Shown here: positions 1-9,729 of the stretch, piece after piece
Layout: the number at the start of each line of letters is the position of its first letter
Numbering within the stretch: the first letter of the stretch is position 1
DNA from: Fibrobacteria bacterium
GTDB lineage: Bacteria; Fibrobacterota; Fibrobacteria; UBA11236
NCBI GenBank assembly: GCA_043732185.1
Contig: JAYTHY010000096.1
Span: 1 to 64,000, forward strand
Reading direction: 5' to 3'
DNA length: 64,000 nt
Notes under the pieces: model-generated
Told to the model about the DNA's origin: nothing
Databases searched by the model: none
Seen by the model: only the letters and a program-made list of their open reading frames with translations
Made by a program: the position numbers and the translations under genes

Positions 1-530
1 ACGGGATGATGCAAGCCCATGGGTACCATTGGATGGTTGGGAAAAAGACTTTTCATTTCCCGACGGAAGGATGTATCCATGCCATAATTGTCATCTGCAA
101 ATAGGAGTCCTCCCCGCAATAGGTACTCGCGCAGCACTTTGCGTTCCTCTTCCGCGAACGCCACATTGCCGTGTCCGGTCATAAATAAAATGGGATAGCT
201 ATACAAATTGCCATCGAGAAGACTAACGGATTCTTCCTCTTCGCAAGCAGTAAGCCCCAGGTCTGATTGTAACCGTTTGGATAGATTCACCAGCATCGTT
301 GGGCCCGCGTACCAATCCCCTCCTCCTCCATATTTTAATCGAGCAACAGTCCAACATTTTTCTGAAGCGTTGGAGGTTAAGCGGCTAGTAGGTGGAGATG
401 CGGCAGGCTGGACAATTATTGATTTAGGATTCGCACCTGCAAGAGCGGTAATCAGAGCCGTACTCAGACACAATCCCAAAAGAGCAATTCGATGGTACAT
501 CAAAGACAATTTAGCAAGATAAGACCTCAT
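1..530 (-). CDS. DUF4159 domain protein, 3' end truncated by the window edge (not in the ORF track)
   Basis: Manual minus-strand translation from ATG 530: MRSYLAKLSLMYHRIALLGLCLSTALITALAG (signal-like)...ARLKYGGGGDWYAGP...YPILFMTGHG...YLLRGGLLFADDNYGMD. These are hallmark DUF4159 motifs. The start could instead be ATG 500. Confidence 0.85.
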   Translation of the reverse strand, partial: MRSYLAKLSLMYHRIALLGLCLSTALITALAGANPKSIIVQPAASPPTSRLTSNASEKCWTVARLKYGGGGDWYAGPTMLVNLSKRLQSDLGLTACEEEESVSLLDGNLYSYPILFMTGHGNVAFAEEERKVLREYLLRGGLLFADDNYGMDTSFRREMKSLFPNHPMVPMGLHHP

Positions 531-557
531 AGCAATTTTAAGGTTGGCGCATAACAA

Positions 558-2867
558 TCACGGAACGCTTTTCTTTATGCCCTGAGACCGTTGATGGCCC
601 CACAAGATATCATATGTCCAATAATTTCCCATCACCTTCTTAACGTAGTCACGGGTTTCCCAATAACTGATATCCTCGACTACTAGTTCCAATGATTTTC
701 CATTCGCGGCCGATTGCCACCTTTTGGTAGCCTCGGGACCGGCATTATAATTGGCCAAGACGAAGTAGGGATTTTGCTGATACTCGCCTTGTAATTCCTT
801 AAGATACGCGATTCCCAGTTTTATGTTGATGTCGGCATCAACCAAAGAATAAGGATTGAATTCCTTTAGGCCTTCCCGCATGGCGATTGATTTTCCGGTT
901 GCCGGCATCATTTGCATCAAACCTACAGCTCCGACTCCGGATTTAATTTCGCGATCAAATCCAGATTCTTGGCGCATCAATGCATAAACAAAAGCCGGTT
1001 CTACCCTTTTTTGCGCCGCATACCTTTGTACAAAACGGTCATAGGGTTGCGGGAAAATAAGCCGTAAAACTTCTTTAGGGGCAAAACCCCATCGGTCCGG
1101 TGCGATTTTATAACTCAGCTGCAATCCAAGCCGGTAGGATTCACGCCACAGCTGCCGATCCTGGAACTTCCTGGCATAAACGTACAGCAGCCAAGGATTG
1201 GCTTTGATTTTTTCTGGAAAAGTTTGCAAGGTGAGCAAGGCCAGGGTGTCCAGTTTAAATTGCAAGAGCTTGCCCATGCCCAAATAGGCACTTTCATAGT
1301 CATGATCGAGTCTTTGCCGGTAACCGGACATTTCCTGTTTCATCCAGGACGCGATGCCCTCCGCCGTCGACTGCGCAAAATGTCGTGATACGTCCAAAGT
1401 ATCGGGCCCAGCTCCGCGAGAGGCGAGTAGCTGGTGGGCCAGATGTCCATAAAAATGGAACGGATATTTTTCAGACAGCTCCATCCAAGTATTTTTTGCG
1501 CCTACGCTGTCTCCCGTGGCTTCTTGCGAACGCGCTTCCCAAAAAAGTGCGGCCGAAAAAGCATTGGAATTCACTTGGGTCCGAACGGCTCTAAAGGCTT
1601 GCAATGCCGCGCCCATATTGCCGGCCTTGAATTGACACAGGCCCACTCGGAAATTGGCCCAATCGCCACGTTTGTTGCCGCTAAAATCCGCTAATTGCCG
1701 ATAGTAAAACTCCGTCGCCTCAACATAATTTCCCTGTGACTCCAATTCCCAAGCACGCAGCCAATAGATTTCCGAAGTCTTGTCTTGCTTAGGGAATTTT
1801 TCCAAATATCGATCATACCAAACCAAAGCTTTTTTAGGCTCTTGCAGGCGATCATAACACCGCGCAATTTGCAGGAGAGCCTCGGGAGTATCCCCGTAAT
1901 TCTCGATATATTTCAGGTAGGTGGCGATGGCATTGCGGTAATCTTTTGCCCGGAAATGGAAGTTTGCAAAATAGCCGTGCAACATCTGTTTCTCGGCTTT
2001 GCCCGGAACCAGTTTCAGCATGGCTTCACTACGTGCGATGGCTTGCGTATATAGGCCCAGCTTGCTTTCTAGGTCCAATAAGAGATTCTGCAGTTCCCAA
2101 TTACCTTGGCCAGGTAAAATACTGGGTGCCAGCTTTTGATAGAGAGAATCGAGCCGACGATCGGCCGGAGCCAACTGGACAATCCTTTTGATCCATTCTT
2201 CAAAGCCTGTCACCGACCCTTTAAACCCCTGCAGTTCAAGTTGGTCATAGAGAAAGTTGACCTTTACACCGCTCGAAATTGAAGCTTGGATGACCTGGGA
2301 ATAGAATTTCATTTTAGCCGAGTCCGTTGGCATGGTCAGGGGAAAAATTTTTATGCGGAAGTTGAACAGATAGCTTTGCCAAACGCTACCCCCCACCCAT
2401 TTCAAGGCTCCTGCCAATACGCTGTCTGCGTGTACAAAATCCTTTTCACCGTTATACGCATTGGCCAATAGAACGGCTTTATACACTTGCGCCAGACGCT
2501 CGGTGGGTTCCGCCTTTAGTATTGCTTTTCGCGCCTTGGAAAAATCCCTTTTGTCCACGGCCACTACCGCTTTAAGTACCAAGGCCTGAAAAGTTTTTAT
2601 CTGGGCTTGGGTGGGTGTTCTCATGACAAAAGGTAGGGCGCTAACTTGGATTACCGAACTGGAATCGGCTTCCGCCTGCGCCACGCTGTCCTCATTAGCG
2701 TTGGTGCTGATTGAGGCGGGTTGGAAAAGAGAATCTGGTTTGATGACAGTCTGCGCAGCGTGGGTAAAAGTGGAGTCCATAGGCAACGCAGCCAGTGAAC
2801 CCAGGCTAATGCCTACCAGTATTCCTACTCCGACCGCTTGCCTAATCGTTAGGACTCGTCTTTTCAT
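558..2867 (-). CDS. slt: TPR-containing soluble lytic murein transglycosylase (Slt family)
   Basis: N-terminal signal/TM segment, TPR-like helices, and C-terminal SLT motifs RQESGF, GLMQMMPATG, ANYNAGP, ETRDYVKKV. Confidence 0.85.
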   Translation of the reverse strand: MKRRVLTIRQAVGVGILVGISLGSLAALPMDSTFTHAAQTVIKPDSLFQPASISTNANEDSVAQAEADSSSVIQVSALPFVMRTPTQAQIKTFQALVLKAVVAVDKRDFSKARKAILKAEPTERLAQVYKAVLLANAYNGEKDFVHADSVLAGALKWVGGSVWQSYLFNFRIKIFPLTMPTDSAKMKFYSQVIQASISSGVKVNFLYDQLELQGFKGSVTGFEEWIKRIVQLAPADRRLDSLYQKLAPSILPGQGNWELQNLLLDLESKLGLYTQAIARSEAMLKLVPGKAEKQMLHGYFANFHFRAKDYRNAIATYLKYIENYGDTPEALLQIARCYDRLQEPKKALVWYDRYLEKFPKQDKTSEIYWLRAWELESQGNYVEATEFYYRQLADFSGNKRGDWANFRVGLCQFKAGNMGAALQAFRAVRTQVNSNAFSAALFWEARSQEATGDSVGAKNTWMELSEKYPFHFYGHLAHQLLASRGAGPDTLDVSRHFAQSTAEGIASWMKQEMSGYRQRLDHDYESAYLGMGKLLQFKLDTLALLTLQTFPEKIKANPWLLYVYARKFQDRQLWRESYRLGLQLSYKIAPDRWGFAPKEVLRLIFPQPYDRFVQRYAAQKRVEPAFVYALMRQESGFDREIKSGVGAVGLMQMMPATGKSIAMREGLKEFNPYSLVDADINIKLGIAYLKELQGEYQQNPYFVLANYNAGPEATKRWQSAANGKSLELVVEDISYWETRDYVKKVMGNYWTYDILWGHQRSQGIKKSVP

Positions 2868-2922
2868 CTCAACAAAAAATTACTAATCCCACCTCCTGAA
2901 AGTGGACTTACCTAAATCTGGG

Positions 2923-4710
2923 CTAGCGCTTTCCAAAAATTTTTCGGATACCCAAGTCGCCAAGCTTGGCGGAATAGCGGTCGCGGAGGTATTCGCTGAT
3001 TTCCGCAGCTGTAGTCAATTTAATGACGGTGGCGCTGCAAATCCGGGCATCCTCAAAGGAGAGGGAACGGATGAGCTTTTTCATTTCCAACAGGGCACCT
3101 GGGCCCATGGATAGTTCATCGACGCCAAGGCCAATGAGCACAATCGCCGCCATGGGATCTCCCGCCATCTCACCGCAAACACAAACCGAAATACCATGAC
3201 GCCGGGCCGCCTCGATCACGAACTTAATTTGACGCCACACCGCCGGGGAGTTGGGTTCAAAGAGTTCAGCGATTTTTTCGTTGGCCCGGTCTACGGCTAA
3301 GGTAAACTGAATGAGATCGTTTGTGCCAATGCTGAAAAAGTCCACTTCTCGAGCCAGTTCCTCCGCCATCACAACAGCTGAAGGCACTTCCACCATGCAT
3401 CCTATTTCCATTTGGGTATTGTAGGGAACCCCTTTTTCATCCAGTTCGTTACGCAGCCCTTGCAGGAGTTCCTTGGTGGCTCTGATTTCCCATAAATTGG
3501 ATATCATTGGAAACATTAAGCGGATATTGCTGTAGGCGGAAGCGCGCAATACAGCCCGCAATTGTGTCTTAAAAATTTCCGGGTTGTCCAGGCAAACTCT
3601 AATGGACCGCCAACCCATATATGGATTGAACTCGCCTGCCATCTTAAGCGCCGGAACCAGCTTGTCACCACCGGCATCAAGAGTTCGGATAGTCACGGCC
3701 CTAGGACTCATCCGTTCGCCGATATATTTATATGCCTGGTACTGTTCTTCCTCGTTAGGCATGTCTTCGCGCGTTAAAAAGAGGAATTCAGAGCGGTACA
3801 AACCCACTGCATCGGCACCGTATTGAATGACGCTTTCCACTTCAATGGGCAATTCGATATTGGCCGACAATTCGATGAATTTTCCATCTGTCGTTACCGC
3901 ATCCAAATCGCGAAGGGCCGAAAGCTCAAGATCCATGGCAAAGCCGGCGGCTTTTTTAATCTCGTATTCCTTGATGTCCCGTAGCGAAGGATTGAGAATG
4001 ATAACGCCCGCGGTACCATCCAGGATGACGGTTTGTCCCGGCTCGATTTCCAAGCCCGATAGGCTGATGCCGGAGACCGCCGGAATTTCCAAGGATCGTG
4101 CCAAGATGGAGACATGGGAAGTCTTTCCCCCAACCTCGGTGGTAAGACCCAATGTGTTTTTTCGATTGAATTGGGACAGCACAGAAGGCGTCAAATTTCG
4201 CGTCATGACAATGACGGGCTCTGGCGTTTCCAAGTAAGAAAGGTTGTTCTCACTGAGCATCAAGATATCGATGACACGTGTGGCCACATCGCGAAGGTCG
4301 CTCATATGATCCTTGAGAAAGCCTCCTGACACCGTTTCAAATCGCTCGGCAAGTGCGTTGATGCGGCTACTGTAAGCATGTTCGGCATTGCATTGGTTTT
4401 GGCGAATGTCAACCAGTACGGCATCCAGAATTTCACTATCCTGGAGCATCATAATGTGAGTATCAAAAATTCGGGCTTCGTACTCACCGACATCCGCAGT
4501 AATGCGGGTTTTGATAGCCAATATTTCCTTTTGAGCCTTTTCCAAAGCCCTTCTTAACCGGGCTATTTCCTGTTCGACTTTTTCCGGAGGTATGCTCCGC
4601 CGCTTAACCACCCGATCTTCCGGCTGGAGTAAAAATGCCGGTCCAATGGCAAACCCTGGTGATGCGGAAACGCCCTGCAAAACCAGTCGCTTAAGTTTGC
4701 TCGTTGCCAC
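2923..4710 (-). CDS. ptsI: Phosphoenolpyruvate-protein phosphotransferase (PTS enzyme I)
   Basis: GGKTSHVSILARSLEIP (phospho-His), GLYRSEFL, FSIGTNDLIQF, VCGEMAGDP; no N-terminal GAF domain. Confidence 0.95.
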   Translation of the reverse strand: MATSKLKRLVLQGVSASPGFAIGPAFLLQPEDRVVKRRSIPPEKVEQEIARLRRALEKAQKEILAIKTRITADVGEYEARIFDTHIMMLQDSEILDAVLVDIRQNQCNAEHAYSSRINALAERFETVSGGFLKDHMSDLRDVATRVIDILMLSENNLSYLETPEPVIVMTRNLTPSVLSQFNRKNTLGLTTEVGGKTSHVSILARSLEIPAVSGISLSGLEIEPGQTVILDGTAGVIILNPSLRDIKEYEIKKAAGFAMDLELSALRDLDAVTTDGKFIELSANIELPIEVESVIQYGADAVGLYRSEFLFLTREDMPNEEEQYQAYKYIGERMSPRAVTIRTLDAGGDKLVPALKMAGEFNPYMGWRSIRVCLDNPEIFKTQLRAVLRASAYSNIRLMFPMISNLWEIRATKELLQGLRNELDEKGVPYNTQMEIGCMVEVPSAVVMAEELAREVDFFSIGTNDLIQFTLAVDRANEKIAELFEPNSPAVWRQIKFVIEAARRHGISVCVCGEMAGDPMAAIVLIGLGVDELSMGPGALLEMKKLIRSLSFEDARICSATVIKLTTAAEISEYLRDRYSAKLGDLGIRKIFGKR

Positions 4711-4718
4711 CCTATCGC

Positions 4719-4985
4719 TCAGTCATATTTGAACTTGGAAAGGAATAATTCCTCGATGGCCTTAAGCGCATCCGCTTCGTCAGAGCCTTCGGTTTCAACA
4801 ACTATAGTGGCACCAGGTTCGGCGGCTAGCAGCATAATGTTCATGATGCTTTTTGCATTGGCGCGCATTCCATCCTTGATAAAAATAACCTGGCACTGAA
4901 ATTGGCTGGCCGTTTCCACGATTAGAGCGGCTGGCCGCGCATGAATCCCGGAGTCGTTGGTTACGGTAAGTTCAATAGTGACCAT
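4719..4985 (-). CDS. ptsH: Phosphocarrier protein HPr
   Basis: GIHARPAA (His15) and NAKSIMNIM (Ser46); 88 aa. Confidence 0.95.
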   Translation of the reverse strand: MVTIELTVTNDSGIHARPAALIVETASQFQCQVIFIKDGMRANAKSIMNIMLLAAEPGATIVVETEGSDEADALKAIEELFLSKFKYD

Positions 4986-4990
4986 GGCTT

Positions 4991-7105
4991 TTAAATTCCT
5001 TCTTTAAATTGAATCGACATAGATGCCATCGCTTCGGCACCGGGCGCGAGATGAATGTCCCATATGGGAAGTAATACCGTACCCTGGTATACCCGTTCAT
5101 AACCGCTCTCACTTTGACTTACGGTTTCAATGGCATCCCGCCAGAAACCGGTGGCATCATTGGATTGTATCTCCACCTTAAGCTTAAGCCACTCGTCCGT
5201 AATCGTCACGTCATTAACTCCTGGCATGTCCCCATGGGAAGCCAAAATATCTTGTGAATCATTCCACTTAATATAACGATCCGGTGCATTGCCCGCCAGT
5301 AGGCAAAACAAGGTTTCGCAAGCAAAACGGAATGTTGCATGGCCACTATTTGCCCCATTTCCAAATTGGGCAGTAGCCATGTTGGTAAAACGCCATTCCA
5401 CGCGCAGGCTCGGCGAATTCTTTTGCAGCATCACCCGTTTATCCACTCTAAGCGACGGTGCTCCATTCAAACTGGTAGCTATCCCCAAAAATCGAATCTC
5501 CGATTCTTCTTCCCTACGGAGTAAGCTTACTTCATTCGCCGCAAAAACATAACTAGAGGTATAACGCTGTCCCGCATAATCCGCAAAGGACGCGTCCGGA
5601 GCCATAAAAACATCAGAGAAGGAACGCCGAATTTTACGATCGTATATCAGATACTGGCTAAGGTTGGATTCTTTTTCGGCCAATTGGTTTTCAAGCTTGG
5701 TTCCCGCTTCGCCATGTCCACCCAATTGTTGATGATAGGATTCAAAGCGCCGCGTGAGAGTATCGCACAAATTAATATTCGTAGCCTTCAGCCAGAATTG
5801 ATCCATTTCACCCTGATGACTCAAGCTGAGAAACACCTGCCGTGAATTCAAGGTGTATTCCGGTTTGCCATCACAGTTCCAATCCAGTACCTCCCACTCC
5901 GGATCTTGAGTACCGGAGGGTAGAGCCGAATCCAGTAAACATTGGGCCTGGATTAAGTTTCGGTAAAGCGCGAAGCGGAGATGCGGCAAATACAAACCGC
6001 CGAACACACCATGCCAATAAGCGCAATTGCATTGCGACTGCCAAAGATGGTTTTGAGCTTCAGCGAGAACAGCCGCGGGCAAGACTCCCTGGAGCTTTGC
6101 CCACAATTTTCCCAGTCGAATTCCTTGCTTGTGAATTTGATTGCTCTCGGAATATTTATTGAAGAAATTCCGCCAAAAAGTCCCGCGTAAAAACTTAGTT
6201 GCTTCAGGTCCTTGCGCCTCATCCAGTGCCTTATAGGCCTTACGGAACTTAAGGGTATCTTGCGCGTCCTGGGCCCAGATCATCATTTCCTGATAGGAAG
6301 CGGGGGGCAAGTACACCAATCCCAGATTTTTTTCCGGCTTTAGGCCCGCCTCCAGGGGTGAGATTCTAATCCGGTCTGCAAGTCCTTCAACTCTTTCAAA
6401 AAATCTGTGCAGCCAACGATCCGTATACACGGTATTAAAGGTTCCAGGCCAATCGCCGAATTTTTCTCCATCATCGCCAAAAACCACTTGCACATCAGCT
6501 GGCTTGTCCATGGCCAGCAAGGCATCGATGACTTCATCGACGGGACGAAAAGGAATGTAATCGCGAATCACATCGTGAATTGGGAACAGCTTCAAGGTAT
6601 GCCCTTGATCTTCGGACAGAAAATACCCGTCCATGCCGGAATCGACTTTACCGACCATTTTAAAATGACTGCCATCCAAGAGAACGTATTCAATCCCAGC
6701 TTCTGATATGGGCTTAACTAAAGTGGGTTCCCAAACCCGTTCGGCCAACCAAATACCTTTTGGCGTAGTCCCAAAAAGCCTGCGCACGGCGTCTTGTAAT
6801 TTTCGAAGCTGGCCCAGCTTATCCGCATCGGAAATGACGGGCAAAATCGGCTCATAAAATCCGCCTCCCAGAATTTCCAATTGTCCCCGCTCCACGAGCA
6901 TCCGTAGATTTCGAAGATATTCCGGACGATGCGACTCCAGCCAATCGAGCAGAATCCCGGAGAAATGCATACTCATGCGTATGCGGGGATGATCGATTAA
7001 GACTTGTAGAAAGGGCTGGTACGCCCTGTCGAAAGCCCGTTCAAAGATAAAATCGAAGTTGCCCACCGGCTGGTGGTTGTGAATGGCCCAATGCAGATGA
7101 ATCAT
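4991..7105 (-). CDS. GH57 alpha-amylase / 4-alpha-glucanotransferase (DUF1925/DUF1926 type)
   Basis: HNHQPVGN, WLAERVWEP (catalytic Glu), GDDGEKFG (catalytic Asp), QCNCAYWHGVFGGLYLPHLR, ETVSQSESGYERVYQG. Confidence 0.9.
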   Translation of the reverse strand: MIHLHWAIHNHQPVGNFDFIFERAFDRAYQPFLQVLIDHPRIRMSMHFSGILLDWLESHRPEYLRNLRMLVERGQLEILGGGFYEPILPVISDADKLGQLRKLQDAVRRLFGTTPKGIWLAERVWEPTLVKPISEAGIEYVLLDGSHFKMVGKVDSGMDGYFLSEDQGHTLKLFPIHDVIRDYIPFRPVDEVIDALLAMDKPADVQVVFGDDGEKFGDWPGTFNTVYTDRWLHRFFERVEGLADRIRISPLEAGLKPEKNLGLVYLPPASYQEMMIWAQDAQDTLKFRKAYKALDEAQGPEATKFLRGTFWRNFFNKYSESNQIHKQGIRLGKLWAKLQGVLPAAVLAEAQNHLWQSQCNCAYWHGVFGGLYLPHLRFALYRNLIQAQCLLDSALPSGTQDPEWEVLDWNCDGKPEYTLNSRQVFLSLSHQGEMDQFWLKATNINLCDTLTRRFESYHQQLGGHGEAGTKLENQLAEKESNLSQYLIYDRKIRRSFSDVFMAPDASFADYAGQRYTSSYVFAANEVSLLRREEESEIRFLGIATSLNGAPSLRVDKRVMLQKNSPSLRVEWRFTNMATAQFGNGANSGHATFRFACETLFCLLAGNAPDRYIKWNDSQDILASHGDMPGVNDVTITDEWLKLKVEIQSNDATGFWRDAIETVSQSESGYERVYQGTVLLPIWDIHLAPGAEAMASMSIQFKEGI

Positions 7106-7115
7106 GAAGGCGCTT

Positions 7116-8021
7116 TCAGAAAAGATTCACGTTAACGTCCAAACCCTTTTTCTCAATATGACGGAATAAGGAATCGGCGCTGGTGAGTGTGGATCTCAAC
7201 TCGAAGTAAAAAGTGGAGTCGTTCAGCATGGCGCCCAGAGGGCTCTTATCCGAGTTCACCTTGACTAATAGTCGGTTCATTTCATCTGCAACCCGGTCCG
7301 CCTTTTCCACCACATCCCGCAACTTGGAAGAAACTTCCTGTCCATTCTGGATGATATTCTTAACCGGTACTTCCTGGTCGCGCAGCAAAATATGCACCCT
7401 TGCACTGGCATCTTCCAAATTACTCAGGCTATGCCTCACTTTAGGATCGACATCGCGCAAAAAAGTTCCTAACCTCAAGCTCAAATCTTCCGTCTGTTTG
7501 ACAACAGCATTGAACGAGGCCACAAATTCGGGCTTGCCCACCGTGCTATCCATAATCGCTCGCAGGGATTTGACCATCACCTCGGATTCCACAAAAACTT
7601 CTCCGGCAACGCCCATGGCCTCGGCAATACCGGCATCCAGTCGCCCTTCCAAATCCGAACCGGTCGCATAATATTCCGTGGAGCGACCAAGCAAAATTCC
7701 AATTTGACGTTCACCCATCAAACCGATATTTTGAATGCGCACTTCCGAATCCTTGGGAAGCTTAATGCCGTGGTCAAGTTCCAGCCTCACTCGGACCCGA
7801 TTTCCCTTCAGCTCAATGCCTTGGACCTTGCCCATTTTCACACCATTTATTTTTACTGGATCGCCGTCTTGCAATGTCGAGACTTGATCGAAATTGGCGT
7901 AATAATGATCTGTCTTTCGGCCGGGAACCGTTTCCTTTAGGAAATAAACGCCGAACAATAAAATGACGAGGGACAGAATTACAAAAAGCCCTACGACAAT
8001 GTTGTTCTTCCGGTTGGTCAT
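7116..8021 (-). CDS. mlaD: MCE/MlaD family protein
   Basis: N-terminal TM helix, MCE motifs GDPVKINGVKMGKV and IGLMGERQI, helical C-terminus. Confidence 0.88.
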   Translation of the reverse strand: MTNRKNNIVVGLFVILSLVILLFGVYFLKETVPGRKTDHYYANFDQVSTLQDGDPVKINGVKMGKVQGIELKGNRVRVRLELDHGIKLPKDSEVRIQNIGLMGERQIGILLGRSTEYYATGSDLEGRLDAGIAEAMGVAGEVFVESEVMVKSLRAIMDSTVGKPEFVASFNAVVKQTEDLSLRLGTFLRDVDPKVRHSLSNLEDASARVHILLRDQEVPVKNIIQNGQEVSSKLRDVVEKADRVADEMNRLLVKVNSDKSPLGAMLNDSTFYFELRSTLTSADSLFRHIEKKGLDVNVNLF

Positions 8022-8126
8022 GGGCGTGTGGCAATAGGGAGGCTAAGATGCAAATGGAGTCTCATGCTTCCTCTATTATCGCAAATATAGAAAGAATCGC
8101 CAATCAATAAATTGCGTTTGAGTCGC

Positions 8127-9143
8127 TTACTCGTAAACTTCTGTCGATAATCGCGTCAATGCGTTCAACCGACTCTTGTTCTTCATAGTTTCAATCAACT
8201 TCTCATTGAAAAGTTTGGCGGCGTCAATTCCATTCATTTTCAGAAGCATATTCATGGCGATAACCTCGGAGATCACCGTAATGTTCTTACCGGGCGAAAT
8301 GGGAATGATGACTTTTGAAACCGGTACCCCTATTACGTCGGTGTTAAGTGGATCCAGGCCGGTCCGCTCATAATTCTCGCCTTCTCGCCATTTCTGGAGT
8401 TCCACCACTACTTCCACCTTTTTGGTATTGCGAATGGCGCGAATCCCAAAAAGTTTTCCCACATCTACAATACCAATGCCCCGAATTTCCATGTGGTGCC
8501 CGAGGATTTTATTGCCCTTACCAATAATGGAATGTCCCTTTCGGATCAAATGGACGATATCATCCGCCACTAGACGATGACCGCGCTCGACCAAATCCAG
8601 AACACACTCGCTCTTACCCACCCCACTTTCCCCGATATACAGCATTCCCACCCCATACACATCGACCAAGGAAGCATGTACGGAGCAATACGGCGCGAAC
8701 CAGTCTTCCAGGATATCCTGCACTTCAGTACAGAATTCCAGGGTTTCGCGAGAAGTAGTGATGATGGGAATGTTTTGACTCAAACTCATTTGCAGGAGTT
8801 CGTCATGCAGGCCAGCGTTATGGGTCAGAACCCAAAGTGGGGAACGATAGTCTTGCAGACGGGCGAAAATTTCCTTGCGTTTTTCCGAACCCACCGATTC
8901 CAAAAAGGACCATTCCGTCGTGCCGATGATTTGAACGCGTTGATACGAATAGACACCGGTGAAACCTGCCAGCGCCAAGCCGGGCCGATGCAGATTGGCT
9001 TCGATGATTTCTGTACTAAGGGTGGATTCGGGGGTTTTAAGATTCAGGGACAACTCGTCCTTGAACTGATAATAGAAATCCCTCACAGGGAGGGATCTCT
9101 TGCGGTTTATTTCGAGTCGATTGAATTCAATGCTATCGGCCAA
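8127..9143 (-). CDS. hprK: HPr(Ser) kinase/phosphorylase
   Basis: HRPGLALAGF, Walker A GESGVGKSE, LVADD, MEIRGIGIV. Confidence 0.95.
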   Translation of the reverse strand: MADSIEFNRLEINRKRSLPVRDFYYQFKDELSLNLKTPESTLSTEIIEANLHRPGLALAGFTGVYSYQRVQIIGTTEWSFLESVGSEKRKEIFARLQDYRSPLWVLTHNAGLHDELLQMSLSQNIPIITTSRETLEFCTEVQDILEDWFAPYCSVHASLVDVYGVGMLYIGESGVGKSECVLDLVERGHRLVADDIVHLIRKGHSIIGKGNKILGHHMEIRGIGIVDVGKLFGIRAIRNTKKVEVVVELQKWREGENYERTGLDPLNTDVIGVPVSKVIIPISPGKNITVISEVIAMNMLLKMNGIDAAKLFNEKLIETMKNKSRLNALTRLSTEVYE

Positions 9144-9157
9144 ACTGGACTTTACTC

Positions 9158-9481
9158 CTATTCCGTCACGAGTTCAGAAGTCGGAACGGACTTATGATCC
9201 TTCAATTTTTCATTCTGTTTTTTGAGCTGTCGCTCCACTTTTTCCAACATGGCCTCGATGGCTTTATACATGTTGTCTTCCTCGGCATGGGCGCATACCG
9301 TCTTATCTAGAATTTTTACGACGATTTCTGCCCTCCGGACACCACTTTTTTCAGCATCCAGGATAACGTGGGCTCCCGAAATGGAGTCGTTGAATTTTTC
9401 AATTTGGTCAAGGCTTTCCTTGATGCTGGCATGAAGTTGAGGGGAGGCGTGAAAGTGCCGGGCTGTAATTTGGATCTTCAT
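9158..9481 (-). CDS. hpf: Ribosome hibernation promoting factor (short HPF/RaiA)
   Basis: MKIQITARH...EDNMYKAIEAMLEKVERQLKK; downstream of rpoN; AAGGAG SD. Confidence 0.9.
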   Translation of the reverse strand: MKIQITARHFHASPQLHASIKESLDQIEKFNDSISGAHVILDAEKSGVRRAEIVVKILDKTVCAHAEEDNMYKAIEAMLEKVERQLKKQNEKLKDHKSVPTSELVTE

Positions 9482-9609
9482 GAATGGACTCCTTTGAAGT
9501 TAAGCGCCTTATTCCACTTCTGGTGGTGGCCGCCTAATGGTTAAACTACATTATTGGTCCGAAGGAAATCACACCCATTTTGTGTCCTTTTGCCACGGGC
9601 ATGATATTT

Positions 9610-9639
9610 ATTTTACTCGCGACCCCAACACCTTGTCAA
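9610..9639 (-). promoter_or_regulatory. Putative sigma70 promoter for hpf-hprK...
   Basis: Minus strand reads TTGACA (9639-9634), 18 nt, TAAAAT (9615-9610) in the rpoN-hpf intergenic region. Confidence 0.6.
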
Positions 9640-9729
9640 GTCAATATTTCCAGCAAATGGACGCACGATAAATTGAGTTTTCTGGGGGATTCTGGACGGA
9701 ATCCGCTTTCAGCTATGCCCAATAGGCCT

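Noticed and set aside
208..522. Plus-strand 104-aa ORF, and the many other short antisense ORFs in the track
   Set aside because: They are shadows of well-supported genes on the opposite strand or frame, with no recognisable motifs.
531..560. slt and the DUF4159 gene are in the same frame, separated by a single TGA (possible readthrough fusion)
   Set aside because: The downstream gene has its own ATG and signal-like N-terminus, same-frame adjacency happens one time in three by chance, and I see no SECIS-like hairpin.
9570..9600. GGCAAA...GGACACAAA in the hpf leader resembling a c-di-GMP-I riboswitch
   Set aside because: It lacks the intervening GAAA-tetraloop hairpin and the second stem.
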